From Candidatus Saccharimonadota bacterium (GTDB lineage Bacteria > Patescibacteriota > Saccharimonadia > Saccharimonadales > Saccharimonadaceae), in assembly GCA_017962365.1 (NCBI GenBank), contig JAGCVL010000006.1:769-64768 (forward strand): DNA of 64,000 bases, given 5' to 3'. Both the position numbers and the translations under genes were made by a program. Below are positions 26,016 through 35,106 of the stretch, piece by piece; position 1 is the stretch's first letter, and every line of letters begins with the position of its first letter. The notes under the pieces are model-generated. The model did no database searches. It saw only the letters and a program-made list of their open reading frames with translations, and had not been told where the DNA came from.

Positions 26016-27606
26016 ATCTGATGGTGATTAGTGATGGATCCCAACTTTGTGGAAGGTCTTGCTCGGTAAAACCAAAGAGACTTGCCAAAGTGGAAGCGAG
26101 ATTGGAAAGGCCGGGATGACTTAGGCCAGAATAAATATATTTAGTGCGGTTTGTGGTGTTGTCGTAAATGATGAACGGGACTTTATTAATAGTGTGGGCG
26201 GTCTTTGGTTGTCCGTTTTCGTCTAATAATTCTTCGGCGTTGCCATGATCGGCGACGATGACGAGTGCTCCACCTAGTTCGTCAACTTTTTTGGCAAGGC
26301 GAGCAAGGGATAAATCGATTGATTCTAGAGCTATGATTGTTGCATTGACGTCGGCAGTATGACCGACCATGTCGCCACCAGGATAATTTATGCGGATGAA
26401 ACGAAAATCATTCATGCGTTTTAAGGCCTCGTCGGTGATTTCGGCGCTTTTCATCCACGGGCGGGTCTCAAATGGCTCAGTGTAAGATTCTATACAAACG
26501 GATTCTTCGCTGGGATGTTTTTCGTAGCTATTACCATTGAAATAGTAAGTAATGTGTCCAAATTTGACAGTCTCACTGATGGCGAGACTAGGAATTTGGT
26601 GGTCTCCAAGAAAATGAGAAAGTGTCTCGTCGAATTTAATAGGTTCGACAAGGCGATGCTCTGGGATGTGTGCGTCAGAATTATATTCGCACATACCGAC
26701 GAAGTAGACTTGATTTGGGTTGTAATTTCCGCGACTAAAATATGGGAAATATTTACACGTGAAGGCCTGGGCGATTTCAACAGCACGGTCGGCACGAAAA
26801 TCAAAATAGATAAAAGCATCGCCGGGTTTGACTTTACCGATGGGTTTTTCGTCTGAGTCAACTATGACGAAGGCCGGCATGTATTGATCTTGCATATTTG
26901 GATCAATGCGACGTAAAGTAGTGATGGCTTCTTCGGCTGAGTGAAAATAATAATTTGCCTCGCCATTTACCATGGCGTCCCAACCACGAGCGACGACTTG
27001 CCAGTCATTTTCGTAGCGATCTGCGACATAAACCATGCGTCCGCCGCCATCGGCAATTTTGATGTTGGCGTCTTCAAAGTTTCTGATGAATTCCTCGAAC
27101 TTTTTTACATAGGTGAGGGAAGATTGTGGGGCAACATCGCGACCATCAAAAACAGGATGAATGCGAATGTTTTTGACGCCTTCTTCGTAGGCTTTAGTTA
27201 TCATTTTGGTTAGATGACTCATGTCGCTATGTACTCCGCCATCTGAAAAAATGCCGGAAAAATGTAAAGTGTGACCATCTTGCGTTCGGCGAATGGCTTC
27301 TTTCCAGGCGGGTGAATCAAAAATTCGTCCAGTGGTGAATTCATTATTGATCCTAGCGATGCCTTGTGGAACGGCTTTACCGACGCCCATGGTATTGTGC
27401 CCAACTTCGGAATTTCCCATTTGATTTGGAGTGAGACCTACGGATTCGCCGGAGGCGTCAAGCGCGATATGAAAATATTCACTGGCGGCTTTACCGAGGA
27501 ACGGAGTGCGAGCACGAGAAACCGCGTTGCCGGGACCATCGGGTGCAAGGCCCACCCCATCAAGAATTGCAAGAATTATCGGCCCATCATACGACAATTT
27601 ATTCAT
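26014..27606 (-). CDS. gpmI: 2,3-bisphosphoglycerate-independent phosphoglycerate mutase
   Basis: ILDGVGL, NSEVGHNTMG and ADHGNAE motifs are present. Confidence 0.92.
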   Translation of the reverse strand: MNKLSYDGPIILAILDGVGLAPDGPGNAVSRARTPFLGKAASEYFHIALDASGESVGLTPNQMGNSEVGHNTMGVGKAVPQGIARINNEFTTGRIFDSPAWKEAIRRTQDGHTLHFSGIFSDGGVHSDMSHLTKMITKAYEEGVKNIRIHPVFDGRDVAPQSSLTYVKKFEEFIRNFEDANIKIADGGGRMVYVADRYENDWQVVARGWDAMVNGEANYYFHSAEEAITTLRRIDPNMQDQYMPAFVIVDSDEKPIGKVKPGDAFIYFDFRADRAVEIAQAFTCKYFPYFSRGNYNPNQVYFVGMCEYNSDAHIPEHRLVEPIKFDETLSHFLGDHQIPSLAISETVKFGHITYYFNGNSYEKHPSEESVCIESYTEPFETRPWMKSAEITDEALKRMNDFRFIRINYPGGDMVGHTADVNATIIALESIDLSLARLAKKVDELGGALVIVADHGNAEELLDENGQPKTAHTINKVPFIIYDNTTNRTKYIYSGLSHPGLSNLASTLASLFGFTEQDLPQSWDPSLITIR

Positions 27607-27627
27607 ATGTATTATTATAACATAAGT

Positions 27628-28854
27628 CTAATGGGTAAGGGATTCGAATTTGGAGATTTTGGTGGAGATCTTTTTGGGGCTACGATTTTTGATGGCGATA
27701 TGGGACATCTTTGCGACGCATTCTGGATGTTCCAGTAGATCGGAGAGGGCGGCAGCCATAGACTCTGATGACGGGTCTTTTGATAAAATGTAGCTGTCTT
27801 TTGGTAAAATTTCTTGCATGTCTGGGTCGGCAATGAAAGCCGGAGCGCCAGAAACGACAGACTCTACTAGGGTCATACTATAGTTGTCAAAATTATATGA
27901 AGCGAGAATGTCCAAATGCGCTTTAGTTAGGGCTTGCCAAACTTTGTCATGCGGGGTGGCGCCATGAAAAGTGACTGGCAATTTGTAATTATAGACATAT
28001 TTTTTAGCTTTAGCTAGGTCTGGACCATCGCCGTAGACATCTAGATGAAAGTTTGTTTTAGTTTCGGATAAAATTTTGATGGCTTGGAGAAATTCCAGAA
28101 TGCGTTTTTCGCCAGAGAGGCGCGAGTGCCAAATCATGCGAAGAGTTTCGTTGGATTTAAGTGTTCGTGGTGGGATGTTCTGCTCGCATAATGCGTCGGC
28201 GAGTCCGTGAGGTAAAACTTCAAAAGGTTTAGTGACGCCGTAATGTTGGAGTTTTTTGCGAAAATGTTCGGATGGTGAGACGACAAGGTCGGCATAGTTT
28301 GCGTGGTTTACCATAAGGGTCCACATTTTGGCCTTGGCAGTGGTGTCGGCAAGGTAATCGTCGCGATGGACCTTTATGCGGTGTGGAATATACCAAGAAT
28401 GAAACCAGTTTAGAAGTATAGCCACGATAGTGCGAAAACCGTAGGGAATGAGGCGGTCTTCACCCACATCTTCACGCCCGTGCATGACTTGGATGGATTT
28501 AATGTGGTATTTTTTTGCGAGATGTAAGCCAGCAATGGAGCAACCGGCTTCGTAATGTATGTAATATATGTCAAAATCTTTGATTTCTGGATGGGTGCGT
28601 GACAATTCGCGTTCGATAATCTTTGGACGTCTAGCGATAGGGGTGATGCCATGCCCGATAATGCGACAGGATTTGACTGGGTAGACGTGATTTTTAGCGA
28701 GTTTTTTTAGCTCAGATTCGTTTCTGCGGTAGCCACTTGAAAAAACATAGACGGTGTGACCGCGGCGTTCGAGCTCTTCTTTGTCGGCGTTGATTGAGCT
28801 GACTATGCCGCCAGTGAGGTCTAAATAACAGTCGGTGAAAATAGCAATTTTCAT
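27628..28854 (-). CDS. GT-B fold glycosyltransferase (family 4-like)
   Basis: MKIAIFTDCY...GG is at the N-terminus and an E-x7-E-like region (MTLVESVVSGAPAF) at the C-terminus. Confidence 0.72.
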   Translation of the reverse strand: MKIAIFTDCYLDLTGGIVSSINADKEELERRGHTVYVFSSGYRRNESELKKLAKNHVYPVKSCRIIGHGITPIARRPKIIERELSRTHPEIKDFDIYYIHYEAGCSIAGLHLAKKYHIKSIQVMHGREDVGEDRLIPYGFRTIVAILLNWFHSWYIPHRIKVHRDDYLADTTAKAKMWTLMVNHANYADLVVSPSEHFRKKLQHYGVTKPFEVLPHGLADALCEQNIPPRTLKSNETLRMIWHSRLSGEKRILEFLQAIKILSETKTNFHLDVYGDGPDLAKAKKYVYNYKLPVTFHGATPHDKVWQALTKAHLDILASYNFDNYSMTLVESVVSGAPAFIADPDMQEILPKDSYILSKDPSSESMAAALSDLLEHPECVAKMSHIAIKNRSPKKISTKISKFESLTH

Positions 28855-28949
28855 AGTTTGATTATATCATATGCTTTCGTGGTGGGAAGAATAAGTAAAA
28901 CTAGCAAAATGCTATTGTAAAAAATAAGCTACCAGAGTATAATGGGATT

Positions 28950-30653
28950 ATGGTTAAAATAGGCAGAGCCATAGTTGGTGTACTGGCGGTCATACTAGTG
29001 GGGTCGATAGGCGTTTTTTACCGTGTTCATACTGATGATTCCGCTAATGCTGCGACGTCCAATTTGACCATGTCGGCGACGATTGAACCATCTATGACCA
29101 TGACACTGAGCGATGCCAGTAAGGTTATAGACGTAAAGCCAACTAGTGAGGGTACGTTTGAGGCGACGAGTGTTGATGTGGGAGTGGTCAGCAATGGTTC
29201 AATAGGGTTTACGCTTACTATGACACCGTCTAGCACTTCGCTTGTTGGTGCCTCTGGTACTATACCGACTTTATCGGCGACTAGTAGTTGTAGTGGTAAC
29301 AGTTTTAGCTGTTCAAGTAATAATGGTTTTGGCGCTGGCCGTTGGGGGGTTGCCATAAGTAATGATTTTTATAGACCGGCCGCGGAGATAGTTTTGGCGA
29401 ATGTGTCGGATCCTTCGACTGGCACAATAGCTCTTTCCAATACGATCCATTTTGGAGTTAATCTTGATTTAACTTCGGCAGTTGATAGCTATAGTACCAC
29501 GATTGCCTTTACTGCTGTTCCGATTACGATAAATTATAAGGCGTCATTTGTGTTTGATAGCGGCATCGATAGCGTGGTCGTAAAGAGTCTTGATGGAGCT
29601 TCGGTTGTTGCGACAATATCGTCTTCAGGCGATTTTGTGGAATTGGATTATGCCAACAGTTATATTATTGCACCGAATTATGCTACTGGTCAGGGTTTGG
29701 ATTCTATGAGTTTGACCGGTGGTGGTACGCTCGTGGGCAATATTCTAACGATGGGCACAACTAGTACCACTGTTGAGGTGTCAAGTAAGAATACCACTAC
29801 GCCGATAAAGAGTATTGAGGATGTAAATTATATGCAGCAGTTTGCGTCAATGACACCAACGGAGCTTGCGAATGTAAAAAGTAGTATGACTCTCGATACC
29901 CAGTATCAATTGATAGATAATCGTGACAATAAAGCTTATTATATTGCCAAGTTGGCAGATGGAAATGTGTGGATGACGCAGAACCTCGATCATTACATAG
30001 TGAATACTCCTAACTTTTACACCTATTACAATACGGATATTGGGCACGGATATATTGTAGACACCACTGCGACATGGACTGGTGTCGCTACGCGTACGAC
30101 TAGCGATACGACTTGGAATAGTTCGAATACTTTGCCGGAGTCATACGATCCTGGTAGCGTTTGTTGGGATGGCATACTGGATGACTATGGTCTTGGCCTT
30201 AACGAAAGGACTCAAAGTTGCAGAGAGGGCGTTGCTGGTCATGATAGTATCGGAATTTATTATAACTGGACGGCGGCGGCGGCGTTGTCTAACTCTGCTG
30301 GTTATATAAAATCCATTGACATTGATCAGTCGATCTGTCCGGCGGGGTGGAGGTTACCGACATATGAAGGTGACAAATCTTACCAGAATTTAATAAGCTT
30401 CATCAGTGTTCGTAGACCAAATTCGGTGATACCTTATGACGCTCCGTTATATCTTGCGTATGGTGGTGGTTGGCGTGGGAGTTCGCGTTTTGTTGGGTAT
30501 AACGGGCAATATTGGACAGCGATGGTTGTTGATGACGGCAATGGCGTTTCGGAAAATGCATATCAGTTCGTTGCCTATTACGTTAATAACACCAATTCTC
30601 AAGCGATCGAAGAACGCTCTACCGGATCTTCGGTGCGTTGTGTGGCGCGCTAG
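28950..30653 (+). CDS. Secreted protein with a C-terminal FISUMP (Fibrobacter succinogenes major paralogous) domain
   Basis: It has a signal anchor. The C-terminal blocks are DGNVWMTQNLD, CPAGWRLPT, GQYWTA and SSVRCVAR. Confidence 0.65.
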   Translation: MVKIGRAIVGVLAVILVGSIGVFYRVHTDDSANAATSNLTMSATIEPSMTMTLSDASKVIDVKPTSEGTFEATSVDVGVVSNGSIGFTLTMTPSSTSLVGASGTIPTLSATSSCSGNSFSCSSNNGFGAGRWGVAISNDFYRPAAEIVLANVSDPSTGTIALSNTIHFGVNLDLTSAVDSYSTTIAFTAVPITINYKASFVFDSGIDSVVVKSLDGASVVATISSSGDFVELDYANSYIIAPNYATGQGLDSMSLTGGGTLVGNILTMGTTSTTVEVSSKNTTTPIKSIEDVNYMQQFASMTPTELANVKSSMTLDTQYQLIDNRDNKAYYIAKLADGNVWMTQNLDHYIVNTPNFYTYYNTDIGHGYIVDTTATWTGVATRTTSDTTWNSSNTLPESYDPGSVCWDGILDDYGLGLNERTQSCREGVAGHDSIGIYYNWTAAAALSNSAGYIKSIDIDQSICPAGWRLPTYEGDKSYQNLISFISVRRPNSVIPYDAPLYLAYGGGWRGSSRFVGYNGQYWTAMVVDDGNGVSENAYQFVAYYVNNTNSQAIEERSTGSSVRCVAR

Positions 30654-30685
30654 TATTGATATTTGCTCGTGATATAATATTTGAT

Positions 30686-31327
30686 ATGAGATATTTAGCC
30701 GATATGTTAACTTTCTCGCGACTAATATTAGCGGCAGTGCTACTTATGGTAGGTATATTTGATATTGGCGCGGATGTTGGCGTGGGGTTCGTGATTTTTA
30801 TGATTGCTGAACTTACAGATGCGTTTGATGGTACGCTTGCGACTAGATATCCATTTCCGAGGAGTAAAATGCCGAAGTATCGTAAATATGCGGCGAAGTA
30901 TGATATGATTGCTGATGCTTTGCTAGCGCTTGCTGCGATGGTGTTTTTTACTTTGCGAGTAAATTTGGCGGCGGGATTTACAATAGCTGTTTCGTACGTA
31001 GTGGTCGCTTTGATAATTGACCTAGTGGTGTACGGAAAAATATTTGGCCATCCGGATGATTGTGTGCCTACTTCGCTGATGCAGCGAAATTTTATGCTTG
31101 CGAAGAAAATTATTATGATAAGACGAGCGGTGTATCTTTTGTTGATGTCGGCGGTAGCTGTCTGGATGCTATGTGTGTCGGGTTGGGATTTGATGACAAA
31201 AATAATAATTGCCGTGATTGCGGTAATCATCACGATATTTTTGTGGTTTTTCTTGTCGGAGAGAAGGCATCATATTTCGCGAGACGCGGTGGATATTGAG
31301 AAAAAACTTGCTAGGAAAAACAAATAG
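30686..31327 (+). CDS. CDP-alcohol phosphatidyltransferase-family membrane protein
   Basis: DAFDGTLATR...YDMIADAL resembles DG-x2-AR...D-x3-D, and there are multiple TM helices. The start is set at MRYLADML, 7 nt after TGATATAAT. Confidence 0.55.
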   Translation: MRYLADMLTFSRLILAAVLLMVGIFDIGADVGVGFVIFMIAELTDAFDGTLATRYPFPRSKMPKYRKYAAKYDMIADALLALAAMVFFTLRVNLAAGFTIAVSYVVVALIIDLVVYGKIFGHPDDCVPTSLMQRNFMLAKKIIMIRRAVYLLLMSAVAVWMLCVSGWDLMTKIIIAVIAVIITIFLWFFLSERRHHISRDAVDIEKKLARKNK

Positions 31328-31356
31328 ATCTATACCCAAAATGGTATAATGTAACT

Positions 31357-32025
31357 ATGGATTTAAATGATGAGCTAATGCAATATATTGTTGGTTGCAT
31401 TTTTCCTAAGTATGAAAAATACTATTCTCACGGAATGACTCATATCAATAGCGTAATTACAAATATGATGATGCTCGCCGACTATTACGGCCTAGACAAG
31501 AATATGGCCTACACGATTGCTAGCTATCATGATATTGGCTTAAATATAGATAGAGAAAACCATGAAAAAGAATCTGCGAAAATACTGAAGAATGATAGCA
31601 AGTTAAAGAAGTTTTTTACTGAACCGCAAATCGGAACCATGGCGGAAGCTGTTGAAGACCACAGAGGTTCAAGAAAAGAAAAACCTAGAAATATTTATGG
31701 AGAATGTCTTTCCGACTCTGACAGAGACTTCGATGTTTCAATTCTAGCAAAGAGACAATTAGCCACCTCTCTTAAAAACTATCCGCAATTAGAGACTTTT
31801 GAGGATCACTTTGAGCGTTGTTATGAATATATATGTAGACGAATTAATAAGAGTGGCGTGTTTAACCTTTGGACCAGTAATCCTATTCTAATAGAGAGAA
31901 GAGACAAGTTTCAAAAAGAGTATCTAAATAAGAACTATGCTCGGAGTATTTATAAAAAAGAGTGGGACAGAATATCTAACGATGGAACAAAAGAAAAAAT
32001 CATAAATTATTATGAAGATTATTAG
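31357..32025 (+). CDS. HD-domain phosphohydrolase
   Basis: H...HD (SYHDIGL) and a later DHRGS are present. Confidence 0.6.
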   Translation: MDLNDELMQYIVGCIFPKYEKYYSHGMTHINSVITNMMMLADYYGLDKNMAYTIASYHDIGLNIDRENHEKESAKILKNDSKLKKFFTEPQIGTMAEAVEDHRGSRKEKPRNIYGECLSDSDRDFDVSILAKRQLATSLKNYPQLETFEDHFERCYEYICRRINKSGVFNLWTSNPILIERRDKFQKEYLNKNYARSIYKKEWDRISNDGTKEKIINYYEDY

Positions 32026-32218
32026 TTAGAGTTTTTTAGACAGAACTGTTGGGGATTTAACAGAATTGCAAAGAGTAGGAATAGATTGCGAATTATTTTA
32101 TAAATCGTTTAGTGGGGGCGAATTGGGCAGGCATTAACAATTTATAGAGAAGATTTACGAATGAAATTAAATTGTGAGTGTGCTATAATAAAACATAAGG
32201 ATAAACGAAAGGGTGATA

Positions 32219-32881
32219 ATGGAACAAAACTCAGACACTAGCGCGCCAATAGCGCCAGTAGTAGAAAATAATAAGCAAAATGGTGGCAATGGATTAAAAA
32301 TTGCCATAGCAATTGCATGCATAGTGGCTGTTTGCGGTATGGGGTTTGGCGCTTATGGCGTAATGCAAGTTTCTGATAAAGATAACCAAATCTCCAATCT
32401 GAAAACCCAAATAGAAAAACTCGAAGCGGTTGAAAAAAATGAAGGGCCAACCATTACAGATATAGATATTGATGAAAGTAATGATGGCGAGTCTTTCTCT
32501 GCCAACATTTTAACTAATATAAAAAATCTTGGAGATTCAACCTATGGTTTTAAGTCAATAAATTCTGGAAATGGCACAGTTTATGCATATATAAATAGCA
32601 ATGGTGATTTGATTTTGGAGAAAGACAAAAAATACACAGTCGCGTCAAATGTTATATTCGCAGATTTCCTATGGGAAGGTAATGGCGGTGCACCTTCGCT
32701 TTACTTCGTAAAAGACAATGGTTCGGTTGGGGTTGTTAAAAATGTTACCTATGACACCGAAAGTCCTACTCCAGAAGAAGTTGCTATCGCTTCTAAAGCA
32801 GTGTCTGTAAAGAATATTACGACACGAGCCGGTCACAAAGTTGTCGTTATAGATATTGACGGGAATTTTGTAAATTTGTAA
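32219..32881 (+). CDS. Hypothetical single-pass membrane protein with a coiled-coil segment (paralog of 51988-52668)
   Basis: It has a TM helix (LKIAIAIACIVAVCGMGFGAYGV) followed by QISNLKTQIEKLE. An SD (AAAGGGTG) precedes the ATG at 32219. Confidence 0.55.
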   Translation: MEQNSDTSAPIAPVVENNKQNGGNGLKIAIAIACIVAVCGMGFGAYGVMQVSDKDNQISNLKTQIEKLEAVEKNEGPTITDIDIDESNDGESFSANILTNIKNLGDSTYGFKSINSGNGTVYAYINSNGDLILEKDKKYTVASNVIFADFLWEGNGGAPSLYFVKDNGSVGVVKNVTYDTESPTPEEVAIASKAVSVKNITTRAGHKVVVIDIDGNFVNL

Positions 32882-32892
32882 TATATAAAAAG

Positions 32893-32921
32893 CACTCGTG
32901 GTTCAACCACGGGTGTTTTTT
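32893..32921 (+). terminator. Rho-independent terminator (cactcgtgg-ttcaa-ccacgggtg + T6)
   Basis: Read directly. Confidence 0.75.
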
Positions 32922-32937
32922 GTGACCTGATTGTTTA

Positions 32938-32968
32938 GGGTATTAACAGACGATTTTATAGAGGTAAA
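32938..32968 (+). repeat. Composite motif GGGTATTAACAGA-N5-TTATAGAGGTAAA (copy 1)
   Basis: It is near-identical to 33624-33653. Shorter TTAACAGA copies are at 32051, 33031, 33111 and 33716. Confidence 0.8.
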
Positions 32969-33206
32969 AAGGCAGCTTTTGTCCCATTTTTTACGTAAAA
33001 TCGGTACAAGATTACACCCTAGAACCTGCAGGGTACTTAACAGAAATTTACCACTAAAAAATCGGCCAAAATGCCGAGTTTCTTATAATCTGGTGGGGCT
33101 CAATTAACCAGGTTTTAACAGAACACAGAAAGAGCATGGGGGAATCCACAAAGTAAGTCCGTTACTATGTTATAATAATATTATATATAATAAGGAGAAC
33201 CGTAAA

Positions 33207-33578
33207 ATGGAAAATTTACCAAGAACACCAGAACTGACGCCAGAGTCAGAATCAACAAGAAGTCTCTCCGAAATGCCATCATTCAAAGAGCACATGGCTT
33301 CTAGGGAACAGGCGAGAATTACGCCCGAAGCAAAGGAAAGAATCCTTCAGGCCGCAGTCTATAGAGATGAAGCATCTCGAAGAAGGCTTGATTCTGCCGC
33401 CGAAAAAGGTTTGTCCGTTGATGAACAAGATAGAATTTTAGATAAAGAAATTGCAATAGAAGATGCTGACAAAAAATTGATCGAAGATTTAGCTTCAGAT
33501 GATGGCACTGTCGCATCCATGGAAGAAAAACTAAAAGACAGTATTGATGCTGTAAATGAAGCTACTAAAGGTCTCTAA
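33207..33578 (+). CDS. Hypothetical acidic protein (123 aa)
   Basis: The ORF has an AAGGAG SD. No family was recognised. Confidence 0.45.
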   Translation: MENLPRTPELTPESESTRSLSEMPSFKEHMASREQARITPEAKERILQAAVYRDEASRRRLDSAAEKGLSVDEQDRILDKEIAIEDADKKLIEDLASDDGTVASMEEKLKDSIDAVNEATKGL

Positions 33579-33623
33579 TAATAGTTTTGACGAATATAGA
33601 GTGGTCTGAGTACACCAATATAA

Positions 33624-33653
33624 GGGATTTAACAGAAAAATTATAGAGGTAAA
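33624..33653 (+). repeat. Composite motif GGGATTTAACAGA-N4-TTATAGAGGTAAA (copy 2)
   Basis: Direct comparison with 32938-32968. Confidence 0.8.
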
Positions 33654-33773
33654 TTGCGTTTTTTGGCATGTTTTTGGCGCAAAAATAGCACAAAAATAGC
33701 CCTTTATTTTGATAAGGGATTTAACAGACATTTACAGATTACGAAATAGTTGGAAACAACTTCATAACCCGTT

Positions 33774-33860
33774 TGGTGGGCGAGAAGGGACTTGAACCCT
33801 TACGACATTGCTGTCACTAGATTTTGAGTCTGGCGCGTCTACCAGTTCCGCCACTCGCCC
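33774..33860 (-). tRNA. tRNA-Leu (anticodon CAA), long variable arm, CCA encoded
   Basis: Acceptor GGGCGAG/CTCGCCC, anticodon loop CTCAAAA, T-loop TTCAAGT. There is one mismatch in the anticodon stem. Confidence 0.85.
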
Positions 33861-33939
33861 GATTAGGAGTTGCTAAGGGGGGTTGGCGACTCCTGGGGTA
33901 ATTATAGCACATTTTGCCTAGATATGCTATAATTTTGAT

Positions 33940-35106
33940 ATGGATTCTGATAATGGTGGGCAGATTTTGGATTCGCAGCGTAAAGCTGCGGCAGAGATTG
34001 CTAGGCGCAAAGTGCTTGCAGCTTATGGCAAGACCGTCAGTGAAGCCCAGCCAAATGTCGTAAATGGGTCTAGTGCTTATGCTGCACCTAATAGCTCACA
34101 CATGAAGGAAGAGCCGATAAATTCGCGCATTAATTCGGAATCGTGGAAGCGATATCATTCGGAGTGGCAAAACTATTATCAGAAATATTATAGTAATTAT
34201 TATTCTAATGCAGCGAAGCAGTATATTGCGAAAGAGCGACTAAAAGACACTAGGGCTCAGGCGGAAGAAGATGATATCGTGTACGCTTTGGCGCATGCTG
34301 GCGGACGAGAAAAGCCGACTGAGGGTTTGAAACTTCGGGATGATATTCGTCGCAAAGCAACGGATAACGCTAAGAAAACTAGAAAGCTTAGAAAATTTAT
34401 ACCAATCATGGCGGGGGCCATGGTGACACTTTTAATTTTATTTTTGCAATATAATCGTTTAATTTTTGCGCCAATTTATGCATATGTGTCACCAGGTAAT
34501 GCGCCGGCGAGTGAAATTGAAGCTCTGGACCCGACAATTACGCAAACCGTCTCGGCTGATCCGCGACTCATTATCCCAAAACTTAATGTTGACGTGCCGA
34601 TTAGGTTTGGGGTGCCGCTTTCTGGCGTAATGGCAGCGATGAATAATGGTGTGGCGCATTATAGAATTGCTGGGGCATCTGCATATCCGGGCGAGATTGG
34701 TAATTTTATTATCACTGGTCATTCGGCTGGCGATGTGTATAGTTCGAATCCATATAAATATATCTTTTCAGGGTTGGAGCGGCTAGAAGAGGGCGATCTT
34801 ATATATGTAAATTATGAATCGGTACGCTATACTTATCGGGTGACGAATAAGACGGTGGTTGAACCATCCGATGTTGATGCCCTAGTGGTCAGCACGGATA
34901 AACCACTTATTACTTTGGTGACATGTACGCCGCTTGGTACGTCACGATATCGGTTACTGGTGACTGGCGAACAAATATCACCAGACTACGAGGGGTCCAG
35001 TAAACAGGAAAGTGTGACGCCGGAGGAATCTTCTGAGTCAGAGGAGCTACCGTCAAATGAGCCATCTTTCTTTGAAAATATTTGGAAATTCTTGACTGGA
35101 CAATAA
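33940..35106 (+). CDS. Sortase (transpeptidase) with a long N-terminal cytoplasmic extension and a TM anchor
   Basis: It has catalytic His in ITGHSAG, the TLxTC-type motif LITLVTCTP and a downstream Arg (SRYRLLV). Confidence 0.85.
   Translation: MDSDNGGQILDSQRKAAAEIARRKVLAAYGKTVSEAQPNVVNGSSAYAAPNSSHMKEEPINSRINSESWKRYHSEWQNYYQKYYSNYYSNAAKQYIAKERLKDTRAQAEEDDIVYALAHAGGREKPTEGLKLRDDIRRKATDNAKKTRKLRKFIPIMAGAMVTLLILFLQYNRLIFAPIYAYVSPGNAPASEIEALDPTITQTVSADPRLIIPKLNVDVPIRFGVPLSGVMAAMNNGVAHYRIAGASAYPGEIGNFIITGHSAGDVYSSNPYKYIFSGLERLEEGDLIYVNYESVRYTYRVTNKTVVEPSDVDALVVSTDKPLITLVTCTPLGTSRYRLLVTGEQISPDYEGSSKQESVTPEESSESEELPSNEPSFFENIWKFLTGQ

Noticed and set aside
28950-30653. Diversity-generating retroelement target (a C-terminal variable domain, as is common in CPR surface proteins)
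   Set aside because: The window has no reverse transcriptase, and I noticed no template repeat or near-duplicate of the 3' end of this gene or of 58812-61958.
30619-31233. 204-aa antisense ORF opposite the CDP-alcohol phosphatidyltransferase gene
   Set aside because: The plus-strand ORF carries the DG..(A)TR...D...D motif and a leaderless-type promoter. The antisense frame is a mirror-image hydrophobic artefact.
32938-33728. Repeat cluster considered as a CRISPR array
   Set aside because: The repeats are only about 13-30 nt with irregular spacing (roughly 80-500 nt). A protein-coding gene lies between them, and there are no cas genes in the window.
33579-33860. Intact prophage or integrative element at tRNA-Leu(CAA)
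   Set aside because: There are no integrase, recombinase or phage-like genes anywhere nearby. Only a weak degenerate att-like match exists, and it is reported separately as a low-confidence finding.
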